A DNA stretch of 55,117 nucleotides, the filler included, from Basidioascus undulatus (lineage: Eukaryota), in the NCBI GenBank assembly GCA_000826855.1. It is 3 parts of 3 records of this genome, joined end to end, with 100 filler letters (N's around TTAATTAATTAA, not from the genome) between each part and the next. Parts side by side here need not be neighbours in the genome. Positions count along the whole stretch, not along the records: positions 36,836 to 55,117 come from JTLS01000474.1; 2 more parts are not named here. One strand, written 5' to 3'. The notes beneath the pieces were generated by a model. It was not told the DNA's origin. It saw only the letters and a program-made list of their open reading frames with translations, and did no database searches. Both the position numbers and the translations under genes were made by a program. Positions 53,863-55,117 of this stretch are shown here, piece after piece (position 1 is the first letter of the stretch; every line of letters begins with the position of its first letter).

Positions 53863-55117
53863 ATGCTGCAAGGTGCGCCTTCGACCTCCAGTTAAGTCGT
53901 CGCGCTGAACCTCAACCCGTATCCCATCCTGCAGCTGAGCGAACATACGCGACTTGTCACCGCCTGTTCATCCACTCGCTCTCAACCTCCCTCCGCCTCG
54001 CTTTCCACCCGACGCGCTCGCCGGCCCACCCGGCCCCTCCCCCCCGCCTCGAGTTCGCGCTCAACTTCCGGCGCCTGCCGCGCGTGCGAGCGTTCAATCT
54101 CTTTCGGCAATGTGGGCCAATCAGGCACGTCAACACGAGCACCCAGCACGGCACGAGAGTCGCCGACTTCTACGACGAGATGTCACTCACGTCCGCGCTC
54201 GACACCACCCGCCGCGGACTCCTCCTCGACCACGGCACGCTGTTCATCGGCTCGCAGGAGGGGCTGGACGTCAAGGTCGACTACGAGAAGCCCATGTCAG
54301 AGCTGGGGCCGCTCCTCGGGTTCAACTGGGCGAGGGGCAGCGGCGGTCGGGATTGCGCGTTCGCGAACTTTGTGGAGGTGAGCGCATCTTCTGATCCTCC
54401 ATGTTCCAGCTTACGCATGACTGACAAGTGCTCCGGTGTTGCTCTCAGCTCGAAGATGCGGCGAAGGGAGTCGGCCCTCACGGCGACGCCGAGGCGCGCT
54501 ACCACGCGAACCGCACCATTCACGTCACGACTCTCCCCTCGACCGATCCGCCGTCTCCCCCTTCTACCCCTCCGCCCTCCCGACGGGCGCTCTCCCGCGA
54601 GCGCAGGCCCGAGCGCAGTCCGAAGCGACGTCGGTCTAATCTCCCGCCTTCTCCGCCCGCACCGGCGCCTCCTCCCAAGCCCGCCTCGCCGGTCCTCCGC
54701 CGACGCTCTCCCCCAATTATGCTCGACCCGTCGGACCCGGAAGGGGCATACTTCGACGTCGTGCTCTCCAAACCCACCATAAACATGTATGAATCTCTCT
54801 CCCCTTCTCAATTCTCCATCCGCCGGCCGGCTAATTCAATGGTTGCCGGATCACGCAGAGCTTCCGACCTCCATCGCCTGTCCGCCTTGCCCAATCCAGG
54901 CGTCCTCGAGAAGAGAGCCCAGGCGAAGCAGCTCGCGTCTGCTACGCTCCTTGCCTCGCAGCAGATCCGCCAAGCACGCTCGGACCTGTTCGAGAGTTCC
55001 GACGGGCTGGGCGTCGAGTCGCCCGAAGCCAGCGTGCTCCAGGTGCGCTTCCTTGACTCCCCCTTCAGTAAGACACCGTTGACGCTCAACTCTGTTTCGT
55101 CCCTCGCAGATGCACCT
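53863..55117 (+). CDS. Hypothetical protein with divergent RRM-like segments and an RS/P-rich region; partial
   Basis: AFNLFRQCGPIRHV...VADFYD and CAFANFVE|LEDAAKG resemble RRM elements, followed by the RERRPERSPKRRRS tract. Splice-like sites are present. Start uncertain. Confidence 0.4.

Overview
Eukaryotic, intron-rich, GC-rich fungal DNA. The GTGCGT/GTGAGT/GTTCGT donors, GCTGAC-like branch sites and many micro-exons point to a basidiomycete, probably a Pucciniomycotina/Microbotryomycetes-type yeast; that assignment is an inference. The window is three contigs joined by artificial N-TTAATTAATTAA-N linkers (18337-18436, 36736-36835). Genes that look intact: GH13_5 alpha-amylase (partial), gamma-glutamyltranspeptidase, division-1 chitin synthase, cysteine synthase (partial), Man1/Src1 C-terminus, Prp4 kinase, microbial-type PARG (TIGR02452/DUF2263), a secreted DUF1524 HNH-like protein, a SNAPC4-like multi-Myb protein and ETF beta. 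Between them lie many decayed accessory genes: PriA/Cpl1-like, F-box-like, GH78 rhamnosidase, a SAM methyltransferase, a SLIP-GC/dynamin-like GTPase and a BTB protein. There are also BRCT and RRM-like genes. The most unusual item is a ~1.07 kb intronless insert of unknown origin (6732-7805) that splits one exon of the PriA-like gene exactly, has no TIRs and carries ORFs on both strands. CpG-depleted patches suggest methylation or RIP-like mutation. All calls come from motif recognition by eye, and exon boundaries are approximate unless stated.
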